A stretch of 62,203 bases of DNA, filler included, from an uncultured virus (IMG/VR IMGVR_UViG_2049941000_000192) (8 parts of one record of this genome joined end to end with filler, not necessarily neighbours in it); one strand, 5' to 3'; shown: positions 10,371 to 21,785, counted from the first letter of the whole stretch. Made by a program: numbers and translations. The notes: a model not told the origin generated them from the letters alone.

Positions 10371-11699
10371 ATGCTTTCTACAACTGCAAATGCTCAGCAG
10401 ATTGTCAATGCCCGTATTATGGCTGAACTTGGTGTTCAGTTCAATATCGGTGCTGACATTCTGGGTAAGGGTAATCGCCACATCGAGAAGTATCTCGGTG
10501 CCGAAAAGATGAGTGGCGATACCGTCATGGTGCCGGTGGTCGATTCCGGTAAAGTGTTCCACAAGCTCGATCTTTCTGGTGAAGATCTCTCTGTTCAGCG
10601 TGATGCTGTGCCGGTTACGGTCGGTCCTCTCTCCACTGCTGCTCAGATCGACCAGGAAACCCTGACGCTCTCCATGAAGGATCCGGCTGTCATGGGTAAG
10701 CGTGTGGCCAAGCTCGCTCTCGATGCGGCTGACATGGCTTACAAGTGCCTGGCTGGTTCTGCTCTGAGTGCCCAGAAGATCGAAGCCACGGACATTACGT
10801 CTAACCTCGGCTTTGCTGCTCGTAACAAGATTTACGACGTGTTCGCTCTTTGCGAAGGCTCAAAGCTCGAAGGTGAAACTTTCGGTGTGATTCATCCGAT
10901 GGTGTGGAGTAAGTTGTGTGCTGCGTTCCAGAACAATTACTCTCCGAACGACAAGATCGGTGGTGATCTGTACAAGAACGAACTCGGTGATCTCGCTGGA
11001 ATCAAGTGGACCAAGTCCAACTTCCTGCAGACAATCACCGGTGCGACAATTTCCGATACGATCGCTCTCGACTACACGACTGCGTTCAACCAGGCTTCGT
11101 TCGATGTGCAGGCTCCGAATGCTGTGCCGTCTTACGGTCAGCCGAGCCTCACCTTTGGTACCGACATGGATGGCTTCTTCCAGACCAAGGAAGTTGGCGC
11201 TCTGTCCGATCCGTTCACCCTGACGCTCTCCAGCGAAGCTGTTCAGACGACCGATATCTTCGGCAATCCGACTGGCCAGACCGCTGTGTTCCGTCTGAGG
11301 GCTACTGCCGTTTCCGGTGGTAAGGTCACGGGCTGCACGTTCGCTGGTCCGGTCTTCTTCGAAGGTCCTCGCCAGAACGTGTACCACAGCGCGTATGCTT
11401 CTCATGCGCTCGCTGCAGCAACTGCTGCGAACTTCCTCGTCAATGGTACGAAGTACCTCGCTCCGGCTGTTGTGTGGAAGAAGGACGACTTCCTGGTCGC
11501 TGTCAAGGGCCTGGAGAAGTTCTTCGGCATGGACAGCTTGACCATTCCGACCCAGTACCGTGATCGCGGTATTCTGCCTCTGCGTGGTCTCGCTTGGACG
11601 GATCCTGAGAAGGCCGCAACGATCTTCCGCGTGGATGTGCTCCTCGGTATGAGTGCGTTCCTCGGTGTTTCGATGCAGTCCATCTACATCGCCGCCTAA
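10371..11699 (+). CDS. Major capsid protein, P22-coat-like (phage B)
   Basis: 442 aa; GDTVMVPV, DLYKNELGDLAGIKW and C-terminal IFRVDVLLG motifs; strongly biased codon use. Confidence 0.85.
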   Translation: MLSTTANAQQIVNARIMAELGVQFNIGADILGKGNRHIEKYLGAEKMSGDTVMVPVVDSGKVFHKLDLSGEDLSVQRDAVPVTVGPLSTAAQIDQETLTLSMKDPAVMGKRVAKLALDAADMAYKCLAGSALSAQKIEATDITSNLGFAARNKIYDVFALCEGSKLEGETFGVIHPMVWSKLCAAFQNNYSPNDKIGGDLYKNELGDLAGIKWTKSNFLQTITGATISDTIALDYTTAFNQASFDVQAPNAVPSYGQPSLTFGTDMDGFFQTKEVGALSDPFTLTLSSEAVQTTDIFGNPTGQTAVFRLRATAVSGGKVTGCTFAGPVFFEGPRQNVYHSAYASHALAAATAANFLVNGTKYLAPAVVWKKDDFLVAVKGLEKFFGMDSLTIPTQYRDRGILPLRGLAWTDPEKAATIFRVDVLLGMSAFLGVSMQSIYIAA

Positions 11700-11794
11700 C
11701 CTTGATAGCAGGGTAAAGGTAAAGACTATCACTACTACGTGAGTGACCGCTGGCAGACCGGGGAATAGTCTGCTTAATATGAACGGAGATTTGT

Positions 11795-12214
11795 ATGTCC
11801 AAATATAAAATGATTAAGGCGTTTGGTCGTGCCGTCGCAAAATCCAATTCTGATAATAGCACGGCTAATATGGTTCATGAGACTGCCCATGAGCTGCCAC
11901 GTAAATCTTTAAGTAAGTACGTAGACGGCATGCTAGAAGGCCACAAAGCTCTTAAGAGAACTGATGATCTTCAGTCGGAACTTGATCGTGCTTTTGCTAG
12001 ACATACTAAAGATATGAGCCAAGATGCTATTGATAACATCATCGGCACTCTCAAATTTAACAAAGATGCAGCAGCTCCAGACGCGCTTAAGGCCAGGGCG
12101 GCCGACGCCCGCGAATATGACGATAGACTTCGCGAAAAGATGAGTGATCTGCTACAGGATCGGTCTAGACCGTTAGAAGATTTGCTCGAATACTTCAATG
12201 ATTTAATACACTAG
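11795..12214 (+). CDS. Hypothetical protein, candidate internal head protein (YKMIKAFGRA N-terminus)
   Basis: GGAG RBS; directly after the coat gene; N-terminus shared with 22238..22753. Confidence 0.55.
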   Translation: MSKYKMIKAFGRAVAKSNSDNSTANMVHETAHELPRKSLSKYVDGMLEGHKALKRTDDLQSELDRAFARHTKDMSQDAIDNIIGTLKFNKDAAAPDALKARAADAREYDDRLREKMSDLLQDRSRPLEDLLEYFNDLIH

Positions 12215-12227
12215 CGTAGGAGACCAT

Positions 12228-12961
12228 ATGGCTCTTAATTTTCAAGGAGATCGCGCTGTAGGCGTTCTCAACGATCCCAAAAATACTTTCAATACCGATG
12301 ACCTCTTTCGTGTATACGATGGAGGTATTCTTGTTGCCGGTGGTGTTTCGGTAGACCACGGCGATTTTGTGTCGTGGGATGGTACCAAATGGAAGTTTGA
12401 GACGGACATCAAGATCGTCAACACTAGTACTCTTAATCCGGAGTCTGTACCCGAGTCGGCAAGCGAGTCAAACCCGCTCATGACTGCGGAAGACACGGAG
12501 CGCATGATCAACGCGATGAAGCCGATTGATACCATGACACTTCGCTTCGAGTTCAGTAAGAAGGACTACAACCCAAATACGGCGGGAGTCGGTTCTGCGG
12601 GTACTTGGACGAAAGTGGACTCTCCGACCTTGAACATCTGGGACTGGAAGAACACGAACACCGATTGGAGTGAGGCTTTCAAAGGTGCTTTCCCCGATGC
12701 AGACAACGAGGTGCGTATAATCGCTGCTGGCGACACAAGCAGCGTTACAAAGATGGACAAATTGTTTGCGGGTGTCTATGCCAGTACCCCAACATCAGGC
12801 ACATATTCTGTGACTACAAGGAACAATGTTGTAGGATGTGTTGCATTTGACGTTAGCAGCATGACAAAGATGAACGCTGTGTTTGTTGCAAGCAACCTCA
12901 AGCGTGTCGTGTACTTTGACTTTTCTGCTAACAACAGTAACTGTGAATGTGACTATCTTTT
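12228..12961 (+). CDS. Tail/receptor-binding protein with BspA-like LRR repeats, N-terminal part (phage B)
   Basis: GDFVSWDGTKW N-terminal segment, then DTSSVTKMDKLF and DVSSMTKMNAVF repeats; plausibly continues in 14293..15004. Confidence 0.7.
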
Positions 12962-12971
12962 NNNNNNNNNN

Positions 12972-13323
12972 TGCACGCTGTCCTTCTCACAAGGTTCTTC
13001 AAGAATCAAGCCGACTTTGACGAGTGGGTACAACACCACTTGTCACTCGGGTTCTCGCACGTCCATGCCATTAACAACGGGACGGTGTTCGATTTGGAAT
13101 CCGCTTGCAAGAAGTATGGGGACAACGTATCGTACGAGAAGGTGGAGGGCCATGTCTGCCAGTACACACTTTACGAGAAGTACATCAAGGGGTGCGATGC
13201 CGAGTACGTCATGCCGATAGACGATGACGAGTACCTGTCGCTCGGCACGTTCAAGTCCATCGGAGAACTCATGGAGCACTTCGGCAAGCCGGACTGTTTC
13301 GGATTCAGGTGGAAGTACATGTT
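12972..13323 (+). CDS. GT-A-fold glycosyltransferase fragment (third allele)
   Basis: DFDEWVQHHLSLGFSHVH...PIDDDEYL; near-identical to 24332..25105. Confidence 0.75.
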
Positions 13324-13583
13324 NNNNNNNNNNAACGTCCTGGACGTGGCTACGGACGAGGACGTCTCCGTGAAGGACCTCCCCGCCAACCTCGGCGCGG
13401 ACATCGGCGCCTACATTATCGGAGGCGGCGGACTGAGCCGCGCCATGGGTCCGGGAGGCCGCATTCTCAAGGGCGGGCTCCGNNNNNNNNNNNNNNNNNN
13501 NNNNNNNNNNNNNNNNNNNNNNNNNNTTAATTAATTAANNNNNNNNNNNNNNNNNNNNNNNNNNNNNNNNNNNNNNNNNNNNG

Positions 13584-14150
13584 GTCATCTCTATCGGTGC
13601 GCTGCCTGCCTCCACCACCGTGAGCGCGAAGCCGAGCGAAGGCTCCGACACCATCGTACTCGCCTCCGCCAACATCACGACCGCCACGACAATCAAGGCA
13701 GGCACGGTGTTTACCGTCGCCAACGTCTCGAAGTGCGACGTGCTCGGTCATGTCATGGACGAGGACAAGGCCTTCGTGGTCCAGGAAGACGCCACGGGCG
13801 GCTCCGGCACCATCTCGCTCAAGGTTACGGAAATGAACGCCACCGGCGCACACCGCAACGTGTCCGCCCTCCCGGCTGCTTCTGCCGTCGTGACTTGGAA
13901 GCTCACCGCCAACAAGAAGTACGCCCTCGTGTGGGCATGGCAGAAGTACAACGTGAACCTCGACTCCGTCAAGCTCGACGACTCCGGCCTTGAAGAATTC
14001 AGCGCCAAGTCCCCGAGCGGCAAGCTCGAGCTCTCCTGCGTTGTGCATGGCGACCAGAACCGCAACGGAAGCTACCGCTTCGACTGCGCTTTCCTTCCGG
14101 GCGCCGTTGACAGCCGCCGCGTGGCCCTCGGCTACATCCAGCTCAACTAA
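13584..14150 (+). CDS. Major capsid protein, C-terminal part (phage A)
   Basis: IKAGTVFTVANV (P22 I-domain-like) and YRFDCAF C-terminus; followed by terminators; shares sequence with fragments at 3640-3690 and 5027-5102. Confidence 0.75.
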   Translation, partial: VISIGALPASTTVSAKPSEGSDTIVLASANITTATTIKAGTVFTVANVSKCDVLGHVMDEDKAFVVQEDATGGSGTISLKVTEMNATGAHRNVSALPAASAVVTWKLTANKKYALVWAWQKYNVNLDSVKLDDSGLEEFSAKSPSGKLELSCVVHGDQNRNGSYRFDCAFLPGAVDSRRVALGYIQLN

Positions 14151-14163
14151 TACTTCCTCCTAA

Positions 14164-14204
14164 CTCCTGCCCGGTTCCCTAGCCTACCGGGCGGGAGGTC
14201 TTTT
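14164..14204 (+). terminator. Rho-independent terminator after phage A coat gene
   Basis: CTCCTGCCCGGT / ACCGGGCGGGAG stem followed by GTCTTTT. Confidence 0.7.
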
Positions 14205-14233
14205 ATCCTCCTTGTTGTTTTGACGACAACCTC

Positions 14234-14291
14234 AAGCTAGAGCCCCACGGATTTCACCACCTCGAAACCCATGCGGACTCTAGCTTTTTTT
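14234..14291 (+). terminator. Second terminator-like hairpin
   Basis: AAGCTAGAG / CTCTAGCTT inverted repeat with T-run. Confidence 0.55.
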
Positions 14292-14292
14292 N

Positions 14293-15004
14293 NNNNNNNN
14301 NTGCTGACACTCTCATTGAAGAAGTAGGCGATATATCCTTCAAGGTCAAATACTTAACAGGTGTTTTTGCAAGGTGTAATATGCTCAAGAGAGTAGGTAC
14401 ACTTACGATTGACGAAAATGTTCATTCCTCTACGTCTAACACAGCATTTTTCTTAAGATGTGGTCAACTTGAGGAGATTGAAGGAGTGAATGGCACAAGC
14501 ACAATACAAAAGTTTCAAAGTATGTTTATGGCGTGCAACAAGTTGAAGAAAATAGGAGGTTCTTTAGATTGTTCTTCTGCCAAGTCTATCAATTCGTGTT
14601 TTGGCGGGTGCAATTCTTTGGAAAAATTGCCTAAACTTGTTGGTCTCAGTAATAGCATAACAAACGCTAGTTCCGCTTTTAGCGGTTGTTTGAAAATACC
14701 CGAAGTTCCTCTGTTTGACACTTCTAACGTGACAGCCATAGTTTCTATGCTTTCGGGTTGCCGTGAGATTACGAAAATTCCGGACTATAATCTTTCCTCT
14801 GTCACTGGAAATGTGAACTACTTTGCACGGAATACTTATAAAGTAAAGGAAGGGATTCTTGAAACCTATAACAAGTTCCTTGACAGGGGAGAGTCTATTA
14901 CATCTCATATAGAGGCTTTTTTGGACTGCGGACGCGACACGCCGGAAGGGCAAATCGCACTTTCGCAAATACCCGAGTCTTGGGGCGGTCGCGCAGAGGG
15001 ATAG
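14293..15004 (+). CDS. BspA/LRR receptor-binding tail protein, C-terminal part (allele 1)
   Basis: Repeats of the form FxGCxxL-xx-P-xxDTSNVT; ends IPESWGG; frame open from the contig edge. Confidence 0.8.
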
Positions 15005-15007
15005 TTT

Positions 15008-15265
15008 ATGCAGAAGCAGTGGATGGAATTTCTCAAGCCGGTAGTGGTCGGCCTGTGCGCATTAATGAGCGCCGCCACCATGTACCTGCAACGCACGGAG
15101 TCATCTTCGGTTGACTCCCGTCTCACTGCATTGGAAGTGCAGACTGAGACTCTACAGCCGTGGCGTGCAAGGGTTGACGGAGAAATGGACAACTTTCGTT
15201 CCGTTCTGTCCGATATTCGTTCGGACGTGTCCTTCATCCGCGGCAAGATGGAGGCGGGCAAGTGA
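15008..15265 (+). CDS. Holin-like membrane protein (N-terminal TM plus coiled coil)
   Basis: Single hydrophobic helix then coiled coil; upstream of the DUF1353-like/lysin genes; family present four times. Confidence 0.5.
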   Translation: MQKQWMEFLKPVVVGLCALMSAATMYLQRTESSSVDSRLTALEVQTETLQPWRARVDGEMDNFRSVLSDIRSDVSFIRGKMEAGK

Positions 15266-15354
15266 CGGGCCTGCTCGTCGCCTTCGGAATACTGCTTGCC
15301 GTCGCCATCGTGGGCGGCAAGCTCTTTGACGTTGACGACTGGGAAAGGAGGTAG
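15262..15354 (+). CDS. Small single-TM peptide (30 aa)
   Basis: GTG overlapping the holin-like stop; GLLVAFGILLAVAIVGGK; conserved allele at 30174..30266. Confidence 0.55.
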   Translation: MTGLLVAFGILLAVAIVGGKLFDVDDWERR

Positions 15355-15357
15355 GCC

Positions 15358-15709
15358 ATGGCCGTGACAATCCGTAACGCTATGCTCTCGCCGAGTCCTG
15401 CATGGGGAACGCGCAAGGACGGCTCGCACGTCCTCAACAATCAGTTCATGCTCATAGTCCGAGCGGACCGCGACGGCGTTATAGTGGAGTACACCTTCGC
15501 ATTCCGCGAGGGCTTCCGCTGCGACGGGCTCTCCGTCCCGTGGGCGTTCCGGTGGTTCCTCCCTTCCTGGGATTCCAGGAACGCGCTCTACAACGTGGCT
15601 GGGGCAGTGCACGACTGGCTATACACCACGAAGGGATACTCCATCCTGCGCCGCGAGGAGTGCGACGACATCTTCCGCGGGCTGCTCCGCGAGTCCGGCA
15701 TCGGCAGGT
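15358..15709 (+). CDS. DUF1353-like protein, type A (partial)
   Basis: GFRCDGLSVP and AVHDWLY motifs. Confidence 0.75.
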
Positions 15710-15846
15710 NNNNNNNNNNCTCATTAACAAGTGCGTGCGCGACTACAACGTGCAGGGCTTCCTGCACTTCACGAAGTCCCGCGTCACGCTCGGCCAGGGG
15801 AAGGTGTTCATGTTCGAGGACAAGGTTCCCCTCACCNNNNNNNNNN

Positions 15847-16482
15847 CTCGACGAAATCGGCCAGCTCGTAGGCGGCAATCCGGCCACCGACAGCGACACG
15901 GCGAAGTGCCGCCGCTTGATTAACAAGTGCGTTCGCGAATACAACGTGCAGGGCTTCCTGCACTTCACGAAGTCCCGCGTCCCGCTCGGCCAGGGGAAGG
16001 TGTTCATGTTCGAGGACAAGATCCCCCTCACCGTGAACAACGTCTACTACAAGGTGGGCGTGGAATGGTACTCCCTCGACCCGGTGCGCCCCGAGACGCT
16101 CCCTGCATACGAGGGCGTGGGGACAATCCCGTACAAGTTCTGCTACGAGAAATACTTCGAGGGGAACGACCTCAAGGGCCGAATCACCCTCGACCGCACC
16201 AGCGGCTACGACATCGAGGCCGTGGTGACATACGACATGGAGCCGTTCAACGACAACGACGTGCTCACCCTACCGCCTGAATTTATAAACCTTCTCACCG
16301 CCGACGTGCAGTATCGCTGGGTGTCCAACCTCGCGATTAACGACACGCTCAAGCGCGACAAGAAGGACGAGGTGGACCGCCTGCTCGAATTCGTGAAGGG
16401 TATCGAGACGAAGGCGCTCGACGTTCCGAAGCGCTACCCCAACATGGACGACAAGTTCTACAACGGGGTCGGGAGGCTCTAA
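15847..16482 (+). CDS. P22 gp4-like head-tail adaptor, partial (phage A)
   Basis: LDEIG...LPPEFINLLTADV; TAATG-coupled to the gp10-like gene. Confidence 0.6.
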   Translation, partial: LDEIGQLVGGNPATDSDTAKCRRLINKCVREYNVQGFLHFTKSRVPLGQGKVFMFEDKIPLTVNNVYYKVGVEWYSLDPVRPETLPAYEGVGTIPYKFCYEKYFEGNDLKGRITLDRTSGYDIEAVVTYDMEPFNDNDVLTLPPEFINLLTADVQYRWVSNLAINDTLKRDKKDEVDRLLEFVKGIETKALDVPKRYPNMDDKFYNGVGRL

Positions 16483-16684
16483 TGGCCGCGCGCACGATCC
16501 AAATAAACAGTTTTTGCGGCGGCTCGTCGAAATTGGCGGACTCGGAATTCCTCGGCATGGAGGAATCCCTCAACATGTACCCGGAGACAGTCACCGCGAC
16601 GGACTCCTACACGACAAAAGTCCTGAAATCGGTGGAAGGCTTCAACAAGGGGCCGACATTCGAGAGCAACGAGAAGTACCTCGG
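16482..16684 (+). CDS. gp10-like tail hub protein, N-terminus (phage A)
   Basis: SLNMYPE motif typical of gp10-like N-termini. Confidence 0.65.
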
Positions 16685-17269
16685 NNNNNNNNNNTTTCGA
16701 GGGCAACGACCTCAAGGGCCGCGTCACCCTCGACCGCACCAGCGGCTACGACATCGAGGCCGTGGTGACGTACGACATGGAGCCGTTCAACGACAACGAC
16801 GTGCTCACCCTACCGCCTGANNNNNNNNNNACCGAACAGCTCCACCGACCACTGGCTCGAGGAGACATCGGACGACCTGAANNNNNNNNNNCATGGGCGT
16901 AGTCAATTCTAACCCGTGGAGCTCCCCGGCCATCAAGGAATCTTTTCTAGTTGTTACCCGCACGGGCGCCTCGAACGATTGCAAGGTGTGGAACATCTAC
17001 GGNNNNNNNNNNTATGGGCGTAGTCAATTCTAACCCGTGGAGCTCCCCTGCCATCAAGGAATCCTTCCTAGTCGTTACCCGCACGGGCGCCTCGAACGAT
17101 TGCAAGGTGTGGAACATCTACGGCGGGACGAAGGCCCAGGTGGGCTCGCTCTCGTCCGGCTCTGGAGAACGCGCCATCGTCGAGGAACTCTCGAACGGCG
17201 TGGTGGTTTTCACGCTCGGCGGGTCCATGTACTCCGCCGACCCGACAAGCACCACCTCNNNNNNNNNNT

Positions 17270-17671
17270 CCGAACAGCTCCACCGACCACTGGCTCGAGG
17301 AGACATCGGACGACCTGAACTACTACATCGTGAAGGAACGCACCACGGGCATCAAGTACGACGGCGTGAACGACATCGTCGTGACGTCCTTGGAGCTCGT
17401 GATGAACGCAGGGGCGACCATGCAGACGGACCCGTCGAAGCAGGGCTACAACCCGCGAGTCATGCTCCAGGTAAGCAACGATGGCGGGAGGACATGGAGC
17501 AACGAATTGTGGGCTTACGCCGGGAAGGTGGGGCAGTATTCGTGGCGTGTCCGCTGGAACGGCCTCGGAAGGGGCGCGCGTTTCGCCTTCCGAGTTCGCA
17601 TGACGGACCCGGTGACATTTGAAATTGCAACGGCATATTTGAGCTATCTACCTTGCGGGAATAGGGTGTAA
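17270..17671 (+). CDS. gp10-like tail hub protein, C-terminus (phage A)
   Basis: MLQVSNDGGRTWS...GKVGQY...WNGLGRGARFAFRVRMTDPV. Confidence 0.8.
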   Translation, partial: PNSSTDHWLEETSDDLNYYIVKERTTGIKYDGVNDIVVTSLELVMNAGATMQTDPSKQGYNPRVMLQVSNDGGRTWSNELWAYAGKVGQYSWRVRWNGLGRGARFAFRVRMTDPVTFEIATAYLSYLPCGNRV

Positions 17672-17673
17672 AA

Positions 17674-18000
17674 ATGGATTCGCAGATTTTGAGATTTGCC
17701 GACCTCGGCGACGGAGTGGTAGACACTAAAACGTATCTGCCGTTCATCGCCGTAAAGAATGGGCAGAACGTGCGGATGTTCACGGACGGGTTCATCGACT
17801 TTTCCGTCGTTCCCGTGCTGAAGTTCCCGGACTCGCGCTTCAATTTCGCGGTCAAGTTCTACGAGCAGGAATCGGGCGAGATTGTGAGCGCCTACCCCTC
17901 GCGCGCGTTGATCGTCGAGGCGGGACGGACTGAAATGGAAATTAACGAAACGGCCATCGCGTATGCCGAGGCCGAACTCTTGACAAAGGAGAACCAGTAA
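17674..18000 (+). CDS. Hypothetical tail-module protein
   Basis: Complete ORF between the gp10-like and pilot genes. Confidence 0.55.
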   Translation: MDSQILRFADLGDGVVDTKTYLPFIAVKNGQNVRMFTDGFIDFSVVPVLKFPDSRFNFAVKFYEQESGEIVSAYPSRALIVEAGRTEMEINETAIAYAEAELLTKENQ

Positions 18001-18323
18001 TGGCAAACGCTTTGGAAAAATACCGCGCGAACGGACAGCCGGCGAAGCTGCCCACAACCGACGTGCAGCGCTTCGGATGGGACGATTTCACGGATTGGGT
18101 CGGTGATGCTGCCGGTTGGGCTTGGGAACACTCCCCCGGAGGCATCACTTCCGAATTCGTGGACGAGCTCACGACGGGCTCCGGCTCCGGCCTCGGCGCG
18201 GACATCGCGGGCTACATCACGGACCCGTTCACGAACCAGGACGAGGTCGATGCAGCCTACGCCAACGCGCAGAAAACGCTCGCGGACCAGCAGGCAAAGG
18301 CCCGCGCCGGTTACGCCGTGGCA
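18000..18323 (+). CDS. Ejection/pilot protein N-terminus (phage A)
   Basis: Gly-rich WDDFTDWVGDAAG segment; TAATG coupling. Confidence 0.55.
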
Positions 18324-19354
18324 NNNNNNNNNNNNNNNNNNNNNNNNNNNNNNNNNNNNNNNNNNNNNNNNNNNNNNNNNNNNNNNNNNNNNNNNNNNNN
18401 NNNNNNNNNNNNNNNNNNNNNNNNNNNNNNNNNNNNNNNNNNNNNNNNNNNNNNNNNNNNNNNNNNNNNNNNNNNNNNNNNNNNNNNNNNNNNNNNNNNN
18501 NNNNNNNNNNNNNNNNNNNNNNNNNNNNNNNNNNNNNNNNNNNNNNNNNNNNNNNNNNNNNNNNNNNNNNNNNNNNNNNNNNNNNNNNNNNNNNNNNNNN
18601 NNNNNNNNNNNNNNNNNNNNNNNNNNNNNNNNNNNNNNNNNNNNNNNNNNNNNNNNNNNNNNNNNNNNNNNNNNNNNNNNNNNNNNNNNNNNNNNNNNNN
18701 NNNNNNNNNNNNNNNNNNNNNNNNNNNNNNNNNNNNNNNNNNNNNNNNNNNNNNNNNNNNNNNNNNNNNNNNNNNNNNNNNNNNNNNNNNNNNNNNNNNN
18801 NNNNNNNNNNNNNNNNNNNNNNNNNNNNNNNNNNNNNNNNNNNNNNNNNNNNNNNNNNNNNNNNNNNNNNNNNNNNNNNNNNNNNNNNNNNNNNNNNNNN
18901 NNNNNNNNNNNNNNNNNNNNNNNNNNNNNNNNNNNNNNNNNNNNNNNNNNNNNNNNNNNNNNNNNNNNNNNNNNNNNNNNNCGCGTTGCAGAAGGAACTC
19001 GACGAAATGGGGGCGAAATAATGGCACTTTCCGATTACATCACCGAAAAGACGGAAGAAAAGGTCGCGATTCCGTTCGCCTCCCCGGCCATGGCGGACCA
19101 GTCCGCGAACGCGCTCACGATGGCCGACATCCAGATGGCGACCGCCGAGAAGATGGCGCAGAACCGCGCCCGCGCCGAGGAACTGAAGAAGAAAATCGCG
19201 AACCTTCAGGCGCAGAACGACGAGCTCCGCGCCCGCCGCGACCAAATCAAGGCGAACTCCCTATCCGAAATGGACGAGGACAAGGTCGTCGCGATGGCGA
19301 AGGCGAAGGGCATCAAGAACGACGACATCGAGGCGTGGCTCCGNNNNNNNNNNT

Positions 19355-20202
19355 GAATTAAGCGGACTCGCATCTAACACGGCTGGCGATTTTGTTCATC
19401 CATATGTTTCGACGGTATCGAATATTCAAGTACCGGCCGCGGTGCGTGCGCGTTCTAATCCTGACCCGGAGGTTATTATACATGAAGGCGTCCATAATAT
19501 GGATGATGCGCTATATTCAGTGATTAATAGATCAATAGGCGCAGATAAGTCGTTCTTTCTACCTGTGCTTGAGAATACCGGGTCTGATATAGGCGCGGCA
19601 TTGCCACCGATCCCGATAGCTGAACCACTACGGGCATTTGGTGCGAAAGCCGATATGCGTCCTGATTTAGTCGACCGGCACCTTGGCGCTGACGCACATG
19701 GCCTTGACTATTATAAAAAGACCGGCGACGTAAATTGGGATAAAGTTTCATATGAAGCTATTGCGCAAATGCTTCAAAGGCCAAGACCGTTCTCAGCGAA
19801 TAGGGCATATAGTAACGTTGTCGATGTTCTTGAGGCCAATCCGTTAACGCGGTACGATATAACATTCGATAACTTGTTTAGAGATAACAGTAACATAAGA
19901 GAAAATGTACCTGTATTTGTTACTCGTGCTGGTCAAAAGCTTCATCCTAAGAATGATTCGAGATATGTACAATTTTTACAGCAGATTCCTGAAGAAGGTA
20001 TTAAGCCGATTGAAATAAAAGAACGAATCTATAATCCAAGATACAGCGACAATGCTAGGCGCAATGCGCGCGGCCAAAACTCCGTGACGTGGCAAGCAAT
20101 GAAAGATCATGGTCTTATTGAAATGAAGAATAGAAAAGCCTACGTTACTGATGAAGGCCATAGGCTACTTGAAGAGCTAGATCGTGCCGCAAAAGTTCCG
20201 GC
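19355..20202 (+). CDS. HExxH (zincin-like) motif protein, partial (phage B); N-terminus at 22937..23204
   Basis: VIIHEGVHNM motif; first ~80 nt overlap 23122-23204. Confidence 0.55.
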
Positions 20203-20212
20203 NNNNNNNNNN

Positions 20213-20644
20213 CTCAAGCCGATACAGGTGGCCGAAGGTCGTCTCAAGGGCGACTTGGTGTATGCCTTTGAGAAAGACTTCGCGATGATGATGTACACGT
20301 CAAGGGGCAACTACCTCTGGCAGCTCAAGGAAGGTTACATCAGCAACTGCGGATCTATTCCTTGGCTCGCACAGAAACTACTGCGGGTGAAGTCATTCGA
20401 CCCCAAGAACACCATGCAAAATGCCTTCTTCTTCTTTCACGACGACCTGTACCAGAAGAAGGGCTACGACATCTTCGACCGCGAGGACTCCGACTCCCTT
20501 TGCAGGGGAGGCCTGAGGGAATCAGGCAAGAGCAGGTGGCAAGCGTCCACCATTGACTTCGGCCTGCACCTCGGCGCATGGGGACACTGGGGCGATAACA
20601 AGTATAAGAACCTTGACTATATGTCAAGTCTATCGGAGAAATAA
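20213..20644 (+). CDS. DUF1353-like protein, type B (partial)
   Basis: GYISNCGSIP, FHDDLY, REDSDSLCRGGLRESG parallel the type A motifs. Confidence 0.6.
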   Translation, partial: LKPIQVAEGRLKGDLVYAFEKDFAMMMYTSRGNYLWQLKEGYISNCGSIPWLAQKLLRVKSFDPKNTMQNAFFFFHDDLYQKKGYDIFDREDSDSLCRGGLRESGKSRWQASTIDFGLHLGAWGHWGDNKYKNLDYMSSLSEK

Positions 20645-20645
20645 T

Positions 20646-21785
20646 ATGGCTCAGACTATACGTACATTTTCTAGTACTATGTCGCAAGATGCTCAAGTAA
20701 TTGAACGTAGCGATATTCGTAAGTTGAAGTTTTTTCATACTGGCGATCATGACCCGTTTGAGACATTTGATCCGATCGGTGATAGTGATACGAACATTGC
20801 AATACCGAATGGCGTACCTGCACATACAAATGATGATGCAACAAAATCGCTTGTGATTGAATCTGACGGTAGTGTGCCTGCTTGGAAACAGCGCGTGTCT
20901 GGTAGACTAATTGAGGATGATGGCCATGGCGGTACGACGTCGACTGACATTGAATCGATGACTATCAATCTCAACGCGTCGACGTATGGTATGATGCGTA
21001 TACGGCCTGTTGGCGGCTCTCAAACCATGCTGGGATTTTTTGTTCCTGATTATACTCTAGGCGCGAATGCAGATAAAGCACTTGTTGTAAATGAGTATGG
21101 TAATGGTCTCGAATGGAAGACTCCGCCTACCGCAATTAAGTATTTTATAATTGGTGCCGATGCTTCGGACATTGTCGCTGCACTTGATGATGGGTTCTTT
21201 CCGATTGTGGTTGATCGCCATACTGGTGGTGGTGGCTATCGTACCGATTTCACGTACTATCTCGGTTTCCGCGATTGGCATAATGACGATCTCGTCTTTA
21301 TCAAGAGCGATGGAAGCGAAGGTTATACCGTAAGCGGTTCGACATGGACTAAGTTCGATACGCGCGGTGATGAGCTCCGTGTTCTTGATAATAGTAATGT
21401 TGACAGTTTTGATACGCCTGGGACGTATTCGTGTGATGTCACGGAAGGCCAAGTTCTTAATATAGAGCTTGATGCGAATGGTTCTGTACGAATAAATATT
21501 GGAACACAGAGTGAGAAAACAATTCACAGCTTAATTTCTGTTGCCTCGGGTTCTCATTCATGCGCATATTTCACGATGGTTTGGACTGATGAGTCACTAG
21601 CTAACCGCGTCATCGAAATTGATACAAGTGTTGCTGATACTTGGCTATTCGATGTGACAATCCGTCGTGTACAGTATAACAATCAGTGGTATAGCGTCGC
21701 GCGTATTCTTGACTTGCCGTGCGGTTATAGGCCTCAAGCCAACCAGCTCCAGGTAAGTGACACCAGCTGGATAGGACGTTGCTAA
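20646..21785 (+). CDS. Probable tail fibre/appendage protein (phage B)
   Basis: Beta-rich; repeated xKxLVxxxxGxxxxWK segments (TKSLVIESDGSVPAWK, DKALVVNEYGNGLEWK). Confidence 0.55.
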   Translation: MAQTIRTFSSTMSQDAQVIERSDIRKLKFFHTGDHDPFETFDPIGDSDTNIAIPNGVPAHTNDDATKSLVIESDGSVPAWKQRVSGRLIEDDGHGGTTSTDIESMTINLNASTYGMMRIRPVGGSQTMLGFFVPDYTLGANADKALVVNEYGNGLEWKTPPTAIKYFIIGADASDIVAALDDGFFPIVVDRHTGGGGYRTDFTYYLGFRDWHNDDLVFIKSDGSEGYTVSGSTWTKFDTRGDELRVLDNSNVDSFDTPGTYSCDVTEGQVLNIELDANGSVRINIGTQSEKTIHSLISVASGSHSCAYFTMVWTDESLANRVIEIDTSVADTWLFDVTIRRVQYNNQWYSVARILDLPCGYRPQANQLQVSDTSWIGRC

